DNA of 54,500 nt, filler included, from Sphacelaria rigidula (Eukaryota): assembly GCA_964200075.2 (NCBI GenBank). It is 4 parts of 4 records of this genome, joined end to end, with 100 filler letters (N's around TTAATTAATTAA, not from the genome) between each part and the next. Parts side by side here need not be neighbours in the genome. Positions count along the whole stretch, not along the records: positions 1 to 13,552 come from CAXNAA020002808.1; positions 13,653 to 27,203 come from CAXNAA020002809.1; 2 more parts are not named here. One strand, written 5' to 3'. Position numbers and translations under genes: made by a program. The first letter of the stretch is position 1. The number at the start of each line of letters is the position of its first letter. Positions 11,501 to 22,506 of the stretch are shown in pieces. Under the pieces are notes generated by a model. It ran no database searches and was not told the origin of the DNA. It saw nothing but the letters and a program-made list of their open reading frames with translations.

Positions 11501-12807
11501 ACGCAGGGAATGCTGCTAAAACACTACCCCGTGCACCTTCTCGCTAGAGACGCCTCCACGCTGAGGGCCACGAGCCTCACACAAGCTCGCACGCAATCGA
11601 GCATGTCGAGAGGACACCGGTACTCGACCAAGCGACACAGCTCCCCCTGAGCCAGCTCCCATTCTCGGCCGTACGATGCTGGCAAAGTGTCAAGTGTTGC
11701 GGAGAGGAAGTGTACGCGCGCGGTGAAAACGTTTTCGCCATCCGCCGCTGAACTGTAGATCAGCGTCAGAGGGGAAGTCCTATACGCGCGTGGGCCGTAG
11801 TTTATCCACCAACGAATGATGAAGCGCGAAATAGAAAAGTGAGCGCTCTCTCAAAGCCAACCACACCGCTGCATAACCGCGCAAGCAATAATCAGGGAAT
11901 GCCAACGGTCAAACGCAGTAGTACATAGGGCAACCCCCTTCCTGCCATTGCTTCCCAGAAGCGTACGGAGCAATATTTAGGAAATTGCCCCAGATAAGAC
12001 GAGGACATGAACAGGAATGGATATAAACGAATTTGGAATACTTGAAATAATTTACGGTTAGGACGAATCATCACGGGTTCGAATCACCAAATGCACGATT
12101 TCTTCGGCCTGATTGCCCAAACGGGAGAAAAAAGTTGACCGCTGGTCCAAAGGGGTCCACGCAACTTTTGCGCCATTCAACGTGTCTGGGCTGCGTGTAC
12201 CTGGGTTAGAACGCTGAAAACAAAGCCTAGGGATTGATTCGTACGATTCGAGTCAATTACAGTAAAACCAAGTAAAAACAAAAAGCCTAGGGATTGATTC
12301 GTACGATTCGAGTCAATTACAGTAAAACCAAGTAACTTCCAGACGAATCATTGATTTGTCCGATCCTTGAAATAATCAAACCACTGAAGAACCAGCTGGA
12401 CTCACCGGTGTCCTTAAGCGAGTCGACACACCAGTGACGTGGAAGCAGGAACCTCAAGGAGGCCAGTTTTAAGGTGAGCTCTTCGTCACCAAGCCCGTAC
12501 TCCGGCGCAGACGTGAGACACCGGTCGAACACCTGCACAGACAAAATCCGGCACAGACGTAACATTGGAGGTGAGACTACATCGAAAAATGGTATGCACA
12601 GAAGCAAAATGAATCAGACAAAGCAAAACCAAGGGAGGTAGCAGAAAGCACAGCCTGGGGAACAAATTAGAAGCCTTCGAATGCGTTGGCGCCGTGTTTG
12701 AATGTATCGAAGAATGACGCACACTCTCACACCGAAGTACCTCAACAGCTTCCCTGATTCATGATGGCGCAGGAAAAGATTCAACGTTTTCATAGCTTGG
12801 GTGGGTA
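297..12807 (-). CDS. VPS9-domain + ankyrin-repeat protein (Rab5-family GEF, VARP/ANKRD27-like architecture); multi-exon, truncated at both ends by the contig limits
   Basis: Manually assembled GT-AG exons in consistent phase: 12731-12807 (tentative), 12406-12532, 11537-11678, 10828-10987, 9597-9773, 8534-8592, 8118-8232, 7457-7530, 6697-6833, 6146-6204, 5303-5428, 4903-5019, 4539-4676, 3685-3816, 3127-3291, 2693-2754, 905-1073, 297-475. The joined translation has no stops. VPS9 motifs: DEELTLKLASLRFLLPRHW, WELAQGELCRLVEYRCPLDMLDC, GADDLL, ANPPRLAS, GEGAYCLT. Ankyrin motifs: GADPN, TPLIAA, GxTPLMYAA, GETALEIAAVRGH. Confidence 0.92.
4169..4505 (-). mobile_element. Full-length tRNA-derived SINE (family A), intronic
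   Basis: Minus-strand head has an A box (tggtgtagcgg) and B box (ggttcgattcc). The tail is (AAT)-rich. Perfect 14-bp TSD atagctcatacgaa at 4155-4168 and 4506-4519. Confidence 0.85.
5627..6000 (-). mobile_element. Probable tRNA-derived SINE (family C) with (CAA)n/A tail, intronic
   Basis: B-box-like ggattcgatcc on the minus strand at about 5928-5940 and a (CAA)n plus poly-A tract at about 5765-5810. A 14-bp direct repeat gtcctcgacagaca lies at 5613-5626 and 6001-6014, but the tail is not adjacent to it. Confidence 0.5.
7176..7390 (+). repeat. Dispersed repeat; copies at 12061-12365 (+), about 40610-40790 (-) and 53170-53430 (-)
   Basis: Shared core caacttttgcgccattccacgtg.ctgggctgcgcg.acctgg..tg.aacgctgaaaacaaagcct. 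The 12061 copy has a 60-bp internal tandem duplication. Confidence 0.85.
9338..9580 (+). mobile_element. tRNA-derived SINE (family B), intronic
   Basis: Homologous to 30837-31108 (reverse). A-rich tail. Imperfect 14-bp TSD aagatcacaacctc (9324-9337) / aagctcacaccctc (9581-9594). Confidence 0.75.
9597..12532 (-). CDS. VPS9 domain exons of the contig-1 gene
   Basis: Four exons encode VFDRC..DEELTLKLASLRFLLPRHW / YGREWELAQGELCRLVEYRCPLDMLDCVRACVRLV / KIAFGADDLLAALTWVVVQ / ANPPRLASRLWFTSYYMREGVEGLGEGAYCLTQLSSALEF, the canonical VPS9 motif order. Confidence 0.88.
10055..10625 (+). repeat. Abundant dispersed repeat; copies at about 13070-13552 and 21530-21685, and end-motif copies at about 21215-21255 (-), 23410-23455 and 38030-38075 (-)
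   Basis: Shared blocks ggtcaaacgactaaggcaagcaacaaatgagtac, ggggttggcgtcggttgg..cactgcgtaagctaggcaaccag and gcctggtccggcgaaaa.ccggcgtgctccgt. Confidence 0.85.
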
Positions 12808-13552
12808 CTTGAAAACACACGGCGCAAGCAAGATCGGCTCGCTGTTCACGTACAATATACTGCAAACACGGCTGATCAACGGCACAGCTGTACGGCAAAT
12901 ATCACAGGCACATTTGGAAAACCCCAATATTTGCTCGTGCTACACCGTTTAGGGCTGAGAGAAATGATGAGACCCTTCTCGCAAAATCTCGAACAATGGA
13001 GACGGATTGAGGGGTGTACACTCAAAAGCACGATACTTGCCTCTCCCTACCCACACACCGAGGAAACGCAATGAGCCCCCCCCCGCCTCCCCCCCCTACG
13101 CACTTAGCCTGGTCCGGCGAAAACCCGGCGTGCTCCGTTCGGGCGTTGTAGGGGACGGGTCCCCTATGGGGTTGGCGTCGGTTGGAAACGACGCTGTAAA
13201 ACACGCCACACACTGCGTAAGCTAGGCAACCAGTCTACCGATTTTTTCTCCGCGCTTACGTTTTTCTTTGCGGTGACCATGATGGTGGTCGAGCTAGATC
13301 ACATTGTGTGGGGTGGGAGAACCTCAACTCCGCGCAAAGGGATGATCGTGCTACGTGGTGTTCAAACGGTGAGACACCAATGAGGTCGTGCATAAGCCGT
13401 GGCTGTCTCTGGAAACGAAGCACCTCATTGTAGACTGTCATCCAAATACAAGATAATCAGCACGGTTTGGGCCGAACAATCTTAGCAGGATGCAGCCCAT
13501 CCTTCATACGACTCGCCGAACACCCGACGGCGCTTCGCGCTTGGTGATTGAT

Positions 13553-13652
13553 NNNNNNNNNNNNNNNNNNNNNNNNNNNNNNNNNNNNNNNNNNNNTTAA
13601 TTAATTAANNNNNNNNNNNNNNNNNNNNNNNNNNNNNNNNNNNNNNNNNNNN
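13553..13652. other. Artificial contig spacer
   Basis: 100-nt N-run with central TTAATTAATTAA (stops in all six frames). Confidence 0.98.
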
Positions 13653-13800
13653 TGGGGTATTAAAAACAAATAAATAAGAAAAAGCACCTGTGTTCACCTT
13701 CCTTCTGTGTGACCCCGGCTGATGCACCCACATACACCAAAAGATGTAGACTGGTGCCCAGTATAAATGGGACGACAACACACAACAACACAACATGACA
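13653..13800 (+). repeat. Dispersed repeat shared with about 27400-27530
   Basis: cctgtgtt.accttcct.ctgtgtgacc.cggctg.tgc.cccacata.acc.aaag.tgtagac.gg occurs at the start of both contigs. Confidence 0.75.
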
Positions 13801-14789
13801 GGGGCTGTTGCGATGACAGCCGCCGGAAGGAAAGGAGACAAGCTCGACACAGCCACAGCAACGACAGCTCAAGAGGAATCCAGGATGTAAACGATCGAGA
13901 GATTGACCCGCCTTGTACCCGCCGATCATAGGGATGAGTAAAAGAGGGGGGGGTAACCTGGAAATCGATATACCTCACCTTTTTGATTGTTGACTTATTT
14001 CTTTGACTTGCAAACGTAGTGATGTTCTCTAACTGTGATCCTTCTCTATTTTTTCGTTCGTCTTTCCCTCCCCCTCTATCTTTGTCTATGTATCTCCCTC
14101 TTAGTTTTTTCGTCGGGTCGGGGTGCGTGTTCATGTCGACATAGTTTCCTTCCCAAGCTACTGAGAGGCAACCCGCTTTCATGCCTCTTCTTCGGGTGAG
14201 GCCTCCTCACCAGAAGTCATGAAGCAAGGACAAGCCAATTCTTGTTCCTCGCTCTTTGTTATCCATTTTCATCATTTTTATCGGGATCGTTACTACATCT
14301 GCCTACTCTGCTCCTCTCTTCTCTCCCCCTCGTTTGGTTGTGGTTTTCGTTTTTTCAGATGACTCCTGTTATTTCCTTTTTTTTTGCATTCCCCCTCGTG
14401 TCGACCTCACGATGGCGAGTGTTTCCCGTTTTGTTTCCCTCGGGTACGTCTACCAGTGTCACCACGACTGCATTCCTCGGCGATCAGTATACGTGCGGCA
14501 ATCAATCCATCAATATGTGGCGATTTCTGGAACGTATCACTTACTTTTCACTCTTCTTGTAATATTTTCTCCGTGTATTTCGGAATAACATACGGGATTT
14601 CTTAGCACAACGTGGTCCCAACAAAGTCACGCTGGGCGTGGTAAAGATCGAACAGTAGATACGACCACTCGGTGGAACGGAACGCTCGCGGGTTAGTACT
14701 ATTTGACTTTAATACGGGCGCCGCTCCTCGAATCGTTAGTGGGGTTGACCGTCCCGAGTGCTCTCAGCGTGCGCAGAACTAGGCTCTTA

Positions 14790-15271
14790 GGCCGGATGCT
14801 ATGGCAAACAGATTTTTGGCCCACGGATTGTTCACGTTTGGGACGTTTGACCCCCCTTTTGACTCCCAAACAGGGGAAATCGCCAACACACGTATTGGAC
14901 ACTTTGCATCACCCCACAGAGAGGAGCCTAGCCCATTTTTCAGATTCGCTTGGCTCCAAGGTTTCGAGAGCGGCCGCCGAACAAAATTCCGTGTGCAACA
15001 AAATCTACGACGATCTCCACAGATTATCGGGCGAACTGGCGGGGGTCGGCAAGCACAGATTTTCGCTCACGAATTTTTGTTCAGCGGCCGATAGCGAAAC
15101 CGTGGAGCCAAGGGAATCTGAAAAGCAGACTAGGCTCCTCTCTGTGGGGTGATGCAAGGTGTCCGAGACGTGTTTTGGCGGTTTTCTTGGTGTGGGGGTC
15201 GAAGCGTGGGTCAAACGTCCCAAGAGTGAACAATCTGTGGGCCAAAAATATGTTTGCCATAACATCCGGCC
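14790..15271. mobile_element. PIF/Harbinger (Tourist-like) MITE, almost fully palindromic
   Basis: Imperfect inverted arms of about 215 bp beginning ggccggatg / ending catccggcc, a loop of about 50 nt, and TTA on both flanks (14787-14789, 15272-15274). Confidence 0.85.
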
Positions 15272-15281
15272 TTAGATAATC

Positions 15282-15590
15282 TTTTATGGGAAACAATCCG
15301 TATTAGGACAAATCTGAGGATTTCAGCCCATCTGCGGGCGATTTCCTCTCGTAGATTAATTTTTCGGACCCCTGTCCGTTGGACAATGTTTTTCGGCTAT
15401 TAATAGCTGTGAAAAAACCACATCAATTTTTCGATTCTTAGGACTTTGACTTTTAGTCCCTAACCTTTATGCTCAGATCGAGATTTGCCCAAGGGAGTGG
15501 GGTCCGAAAAATCAATCCACGAGAGAGAATCGCCTGTAGATGGACTGAAATCCTCATATTTGTACAAATACAGATTGGTTCCCATGAAAA
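15282..15590. repeat. Foldback repeat with arms of about 100 bp; arm copies also at about 37495-37580 and 38290-38370
   Basis: ttttatgggaaacaatc..tttttcggacccc pairs with ggggtccgaaaaa..gattggttcccatgaaaa. Confidence 0.7.
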
Positions 15591-18500
15591 ATGGTCTTAC
15601 CGATTATGCTCTTACCGAACTTTTCTATACCAAAGTAGCATGTACGGCGGGGGTGCTAGCACAGCCGGTAAGAGCATACTGCGGCAGAACGCGTTCTTGT
15701 CCTAATCGACGCCAGAGGCGCCGCTTTGAGGTCCACCAACGCACACTTTGCCTAGGGCACCCTCTGCACCCCCTTGCCTGGGGGTTCTCGGCATGCCTAG
15801 AGTGGAGGTTAGGGGTAGGGTAAGGACTAAGGACTATCCAAAAATCACGATTCTCGACAAAAATATTTGAAGAGGCCTTCTCGTAAGTGGTGACACGAGC
15901 TCAGATTGGGAAGGTTCAGTGGAGCGCAGAAAGTCTTCCCTGAGTCATGACAGCGCGGCAAGCCCCCTCCTCTCTCGGGCAAAAACCGGCGCCGACTTGC
16001 CAACATGGGCATTTGTAGATATCAGAGATGATTTGTCGATACTCGATTTTCACCACCGAAGTGGGCAATATTTTGAGCCGGCCTCATGCCCACTTGAAAA
16101 ATGATGGCACAACCCGTGTGACCTACATTGGGGGTCAAAGGGATACCGTCGACCCCTTTTAATGTAACTCACGAGAAATAATCTCGAATAATAAACCTTT
16201 TGAATGTGACGTTTATTTTCGCCCGAGGATAGGGCAAAGCGGACTTTGCCACCTCGGAATGACACGCTCCCCTATAATAACCGAGAGGATTCGGCACACT
16301 ACCCGGCATTACGGTACACACAATGTCAACTTGGATCAGACTGGAGAGTATTCGCGACGACACCAAAAAATGGCCAAACCCGCGGAAACGTACCACAAAC
16401 TCGGATTTTTGACGGAATTTGACCGTTTGTCTAAGAAGATGCTAGTCTCGCCAACGCGCTACAGGTCACCACTTAGTAGGTGTGGAACTTTCCGACTTAG
16501 TTTTAGGAATTTTAATGTGGACACCGAAATCCGGCGCCAACGAGGCCTTTTCAGATTTTTTTCTTCTGGAAGCCATGCCCTCACTCCCCCCCCCTCCCTT
16601 CCCCCCCTCGCACGATTTTTTTCGGGAAAAATACGGATTTCTTCCTGTTTACCACAGCCCAACTACGAATGTTTCACTGCTGTTTGCAGTCGGTAGCAAA
16701 GTGCAGCCTAGTCATCAGCCCAAGCAAAATACACAGTGGTCATAGTTGTTTTCAAGTCTAAGCGGATTCCTCAAAACGCCCAAGCAGCGCACAAGCGTAA
16801 TTTTTCTTATCCTCCAAAAGGTCGTTTAACTGCAATACGATGAAAAAATAACAACTTGACATGCGTAGCATCCCTTGCCGTCTCCAAACTTTTTATTTTC
16901 CCAATTTGAAGGTTTCGCGAGTGTGGCCCCTGGAAGACATCGCTACGTGGCTCGTTGGTATGCCCGAAGACTAGACTGCGACAACAGGAAAGAAAACATG
17001 TGGTCTGGAAACCTCTGCAATATTAGAGCAAGTCATGATGAGGTATAGGAACCCGCCCAGCATTTCGCTCGTGCGAAAAACGACGGGGGTTGAAAAAGCA
17101 CTTCCCCGGTAGATTTCAAAATCTTTCTTACGGTAGAACTTATCCCAGTTCGGGGGCGCCAGAATCCGATGGTTGAATGCACAGGCATTATACGTATTTT
17201 GGTTCAAGTATGACGAATCACATTCTGGTCTCTACAGGCCTCGCAGTCAAGAGCGCTCGTCCACCGTGTGCGCATTTGCGCAGCATGCGTTTTGGCTCAT
17301 CAAAGAGCACTCACTACCGTCTCTGCCCACCTTTCCCCAGGGTTTTCGGCCTGCCTTGGGTTTGGGCTTGCGGCTAGGGCTAGGGTTAGCATTCGCGTTA
17401 GGTTTCACAAAATAACAAAGGGTGTTTAGCCATCGCACTTTGGCGCCATTATGGAGTGAACCGGCCCCGATTTCTTGTTTCGGATTTTAAAACCAAGCGG
17501 GGTGAGAAGCGGGCAAAGACGGCGGGATGTATTGTTATATAACAGGTGCCAAGATTGTATAATAGAATCTTAAGGTTTCCGAATCCTGGGGGGTGGCACT
17601 AGGGGAGACGCGGAGGCTCTTTAATTTGAAGCTACTATATTGGCAACAGTTGCCCGGACGATTTGCGGGGCGAAGCGAAGGTAGTAATTCAGACCCACTG
17701 CAACTAACGTGAAGTCAAAACAGTTTCTGTAGAGTATCGCCATCAGTTGGCTTTGCAGCTCTTGTATTTTGTAGAAGTCACGCCAACGAGATACTTGCAA
17801 AGTACAGTAAAGTACATGAGCCACGTGATCATTTAGAAGTTCGTTACTTTTTACAGGACGGCAGACGGCAGCATACTACGATACGCGATGGGAGCGAACA
17901 TTCGGGGAGTGGGGCGAGTTCGATTCCGTTCAACCTCCTGACGGGACATATGCACAATGTCACCCCCCGCGCGCCTGGACGACTAAAAACAGCGCACCCA
18001 CAGCTTGCGATGGAGAGTCCACAACCTATATTTCTTTCTTGTACTGGGCACGGTGGAGAAATTTTTGTTGCTCCTAGTATGTTGCATGCCTACCGAAGAG
18101 GGTTGTGTTGCTGTAATGGGTGCACAAGCATCCCGAACCGATGACCGGGAGGGTATCAACCATCACGACAAACTTTTAAAAAATGGTGGGAAAATCACCT
18201 TGTACGCGACTGTTGTACGAACACAGGAGAGGGCCGCCTGATTTTACATCTCTTGGGTCGGACGAACACCAGAGCACACCCAACATTGACACCAAGTACA
18301 GCATAGTATCGATTACAGGAAGCGCAATGAAGGCTGCCACACCTTCACTGATGGCATGGGGGCGTCTAATCACGCACAGTTCGAGCACAAAGCCGGTTGA
18401 GTTGGAGCGGCTTATGAACATGCATAGTAAAATGCGGTATGACAGAATGGTAAAGTTCAGTCGAACATGGACTGCGGGATTGTGCTTGGATGCATGTCCG

Positions 18501-19357
18501 TGGCTAGGTAGGGAGGTGAATACGCAGTGCGTCTGATACCACATGACAAATGTACGGTATGGGATGCCATTCGCACAGTGTGTAGCTGTAGGGCGTACCC
18601 TGGCCATGCAATCCTCACTATCGTCGGCTGTACTGACTGTCCGTTGTACTGGTGCACGGTACCGTCTGCCCAATACGGTCCCGTCGGTCGTACATGATGA
18701 CTTCGTGCTGCGCAGTTCGACACGTAACAAATCCATACAAGCTACACGCCAAGCACGGGGCATACATAGCACCGCATAGTGAACCTGCACTGAAAATGCT
18801 CGGCATGTACTAAAGCAGCAAATATATTGGTTGCTGTCTGTACTGTACTGTACCGCGTCGTTTTGTTCCACGCTGCGGGTGTACCATACCCCATCACTCA
18901 ACTCCCCTCGAATTCAAAAACACGAGGGATTCTTCGATACTTGTGGGAGCAATGAAAAAGCACGAAATACACACACCTGCAGTGTTGGGTGTCCGGAGGG
19001 GGGATTGCCATTGACGATGTTTAAAAGGGTTCCCGGTTCAACTTGACCTTCCATGATGCTGCAAAACGTTTGGTATCTATATGTCTCCAACCCCTTTTTT
19101 GCTTGCCCTCTCTCCTTCTCCGCCGTGTCTTTCGTTGCCCTTCCTGTCAAATGTGTGATCGTCTGTCTCCAAGAGCGCGCGGATGTACGTTCAAAATTGC
19201 GCGAAAAAATGTTTTAGGGTGGGATTTGGGGATATATTGACGATATTAGCATATTCGGTTCTCCTTGCCATCGCGTTCGAACAACACCCGGGGTGATATC
19301 TAACGTCACCTCGAGACTGAATAGGCATACGAGTATACGAAACATATGTAAACGTTC

Positions 19358-20447
19358 CACACCCTAGACAAAAGATGGCATATATTGCAATTACAATAGA
19401 ATCTGCTGCAGTAGATGCCAATATTGTCGTCCGCAATGGCCATCGATCGTCAAGTTTATCTTTCTATTGTCGTTGACGATGCCTACCGATAGATCGGTTT
19501 CCCCCACTCTTGTCTGGGCAGCAGTCTGCTGTGGCTCTACACCGAGATCTATTGCGGCCGACCAAATGCATCGATCGATAGCTTTCCAAATCTTTTGATG
19601 ACGGCAATGGCTATCGATAGACCGCGTGCCAAATCTTTTGATGACGATGATGTCTGTTGACAGATTGTATACCAAATCTATTGATGACGGCGATAGCTAT
19701 TATAGCTGAATGGCGTCGCTCACTAGCGCCATGTATGCACATATTTCGCTGTATGTTTCCACCTCACTTATTCCACAGAAGCTACTCGTACAAGTATAGC
19801 AAAACGTTTTGTATCTTTATGTGACCACCTCAGGTCGTTGCGTATTCATGTGTAAGGGGTATAGCCATTGATGTCATGAGACCACTGCAGTGAGCAACCT
19901 TTTTTTCAAATCCTATCGTTGGCGTCACTGGCTATCGATAGGTGCTCCCAAGGACAATCAATCCATTGTCGACGGCAATACCCACATTGGTAGATACCAA
20001 ATAATGTACTGTTGGCGGCAGAGGCTACCGATAGACGGCTAACCAAATCTGTATCTATTGACGGCGGTAATAGGTATTGATAGATGGCCCACCTAATCTA
20101 TAAGGACGGCAATGACTATTGATGGATGGCTCACCAACCCTTTTGATAACGGTAATGACTATCGATGGTTATCTCATCAAATATATTGATTACGACAATG
20201 GCTATCGATATATACAACCCATAATGTATTGCGGTACGCGATGTCCATCGATGGCGAGTGGTACACATATATTATTGTAATTGCCATAGGCTATCGATCG
20301 GCTATTATAACATATATTGTCCCTTGCAAAACATATCAATAGATGTGTTTCACCATCTATCGTGTTCGATAATATATATCAATAGATTTTTCCCCATGTC
20401 TATTGCTGAAGCAATTGACTATTATTGTGTCCACTGTCCAGAGCGTG
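19358..20447. mobile_element. Non-autonomous DNA transposon (hAT/P-type 8-bp TSD) filled with a 43-bp minisatellite
   Basis: TIRs cacaccctagaca / tgtccagagcgtg. Perfect TSD aaacgttc at 19350-19357 and 20448-20455. Internal unit ctattgatgacggcaatggctatcgatggatggctcaccaaac. Confidence 0.85.
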
Positions 20448-22337
20448 AAACGTTCTATTATACTTGCGCTGGTGAAACTACGATGGCGTCCCTGAATTAA
20501 CCGCGTGGGCACTCGCAAAGTACGTCATTTTTTAACATACCAATCCCCTCTCTCTCTCTACAATATCTCAAACAACATTTTCGATGAGATCGTCCTGCTG
20601 GCTACGGAAGGGGCAGCTGAAATAATACTCCACGAGCACATAACATGAAACGATTTATTATTTGATTGATGACGATTGCCGCAATGTGTCGATTCAACAA
20701 ACGAAAAATGGTCCCCCTCTAGCAGAGTGATCGATGAGGTCATAGGGTGATCGATACGCTTTCCACTGTTAGCGTGACCTACTCAGTGAGAGCCAGGAAT
20801 GAACTGTCATGTAAACACGATGTGTGAATCAAAGGGATGGCACAGACAGACGCGACGAGGCGATCAGGTACATTCTCAAGGCGGCAAAAAAAGGGGTGGC
20901 GATCCATTCCATGCACCCAGGCAACAGACAGATTTACACGTCGGACACTCCATGAGCTAGCTGAATATTACTTCTCACTAGCACTGAACCATTTTGCCAT
21001 ATTTGCTGTCTACAGGGCCGGACGCCGAGCATGCGGAGTAGCGCAAAGGGGGAACTTTCGCTTGTCGGGCCCTGCTGTCACATGTTGTGTCTTGGACAAG
21101 GGATCTGAGAGTCCTCTCCGATTAGTCATTTTAGGTAGCTCATGAGCTTTCCTACATGTGAACAGGTATGTATTTGTTCTCCGGCTAATCCCACTAAAGG
21201 GTAGGGGGAGGGGAGCGTACTCATTTGTTGCTTGCCTTAGTCGTTTGACCATTCACCACGCATCCCTTTCGAGACGAAGGGGTGGGGGGGGGATTGTTGG
21301 TTGCACACACAAATGGGGTCACGAGAGGGTCAATCAATCAGTGTTAAAGTTACACGACCTCATACACTAGTGATGATGGTATTCTATTAATTGAAGCGGT
21401 GCGTCAAGTTGTTTGAAAAGGAACTTGATGTTGATAATAAGAGCAGTCATGTGGATATTTGTGCTGATAGCAACGGTTCAAATTGGCTCCCTCGTGCTAT
21501 TAATAACAGTTGAATCAACTCTCCCCCGACAACGTCGCCGAACACAGCACGGCGCTTCGCGCTTGGTGAGTGAGTGCGAGCCTGGTCCGGCGAAAACCCG
21601 GCGTGCTCCGTCCCGGCTTTATAGGGGGATGCGAGGTCAAATGGTCTTATGACTACGGTATGCATGATAATGAGTACACCCCCTCCCTCCCCCCAAACAT
21701 ATAGGCACAGTCAGTCCTCAGTTGTCGACTGTCACGTACTGCTCAATACAAAGAAGAATCGAATAAAAACTACGATATAATGAGTTACCACTTGAAATTA
21801 CTGATAACTTTTCCGTGATAAAAATCACGTGTGATGTAAGCGCGGTGTAACTATTTCAGAAAAAGGAAACTGCCTTCCATCATCATGACTTGTCGGAGAC
21901 GCCGTGTGCTGTCCAGCTGCAGGGCACGAACCAGTCGGTATCCAAAACACAGAACACAATGAAGCGTCTGAGCGCACTACATTGCAGCTGTGCAATGTCT
22001 AACGCTGGCAAACCGCAAGGATCGAGTGACACGCACTTTTCTGACTGGCCAAAAAAAACTCGGGAACTCTGATTGGCCTGTGTTCCGCGGTAAACAGCTG
22101 AGCGCCCACCTTGACGGGAACAAAACAACAGAACAAAAAGAGCACCCAAACGCAGCACGTTGATTAGTCGCCGTAACCACAGATCCGCCCGGCGAACAGT
22201 CAACATGCTGCTTTTGGGCGCTTGTTTCGTTCTACAGTTGTGTGTTTGGTCTCGTTAAGAAGGACCCTGACGCCATCCGCGGCCCTTTCGAACGGACATT
22301 TTTACGCGATCAAACGCAATGTGTATATATATATATA

Positions 22338-22506
22338 TATATTACACTGAAATCAACCCCATTCGTGCATGATCCGCCCGCATTCGATGCTGGCGCCAAG
22401 GCTACTGGACATTCTTACGCGTTCAAACGCAGAAAATATATTACACTGAAATCATCCCCATTCGTGAATGATCCGCCCGCATTTGATGCTGGTGCCAAGG
22501 CTACTG
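22338..22506. repeat. Local direct duplication (70-bp core, ~99-bp period)
   Basis: tattacactgaaatca.ccccattcgtg.atgatccgcccgcatt.gatgctgg.gccaaggctactg occurs twice. Confidence 0.85.

Noticed and set aside
13597-13608. TTAATTAATTAA as a biological motif
   Set aside because: Artificial six-frame stop linker inside the N spacers.
17355-17405. True telomere
   Set aside because: Short, degenerate, internal and part of a dispersed repeat.
18176-18901. 241-aa minus-strand ORF
   Set aside because: No recognisable domain, atypical composition and no supporting exon chain; cannot be supported as coding.
19560-20230. CRISPR-like 43-bp repeats
   Set aside because: Contiguous minisatellite without spacers, inside a transposon.
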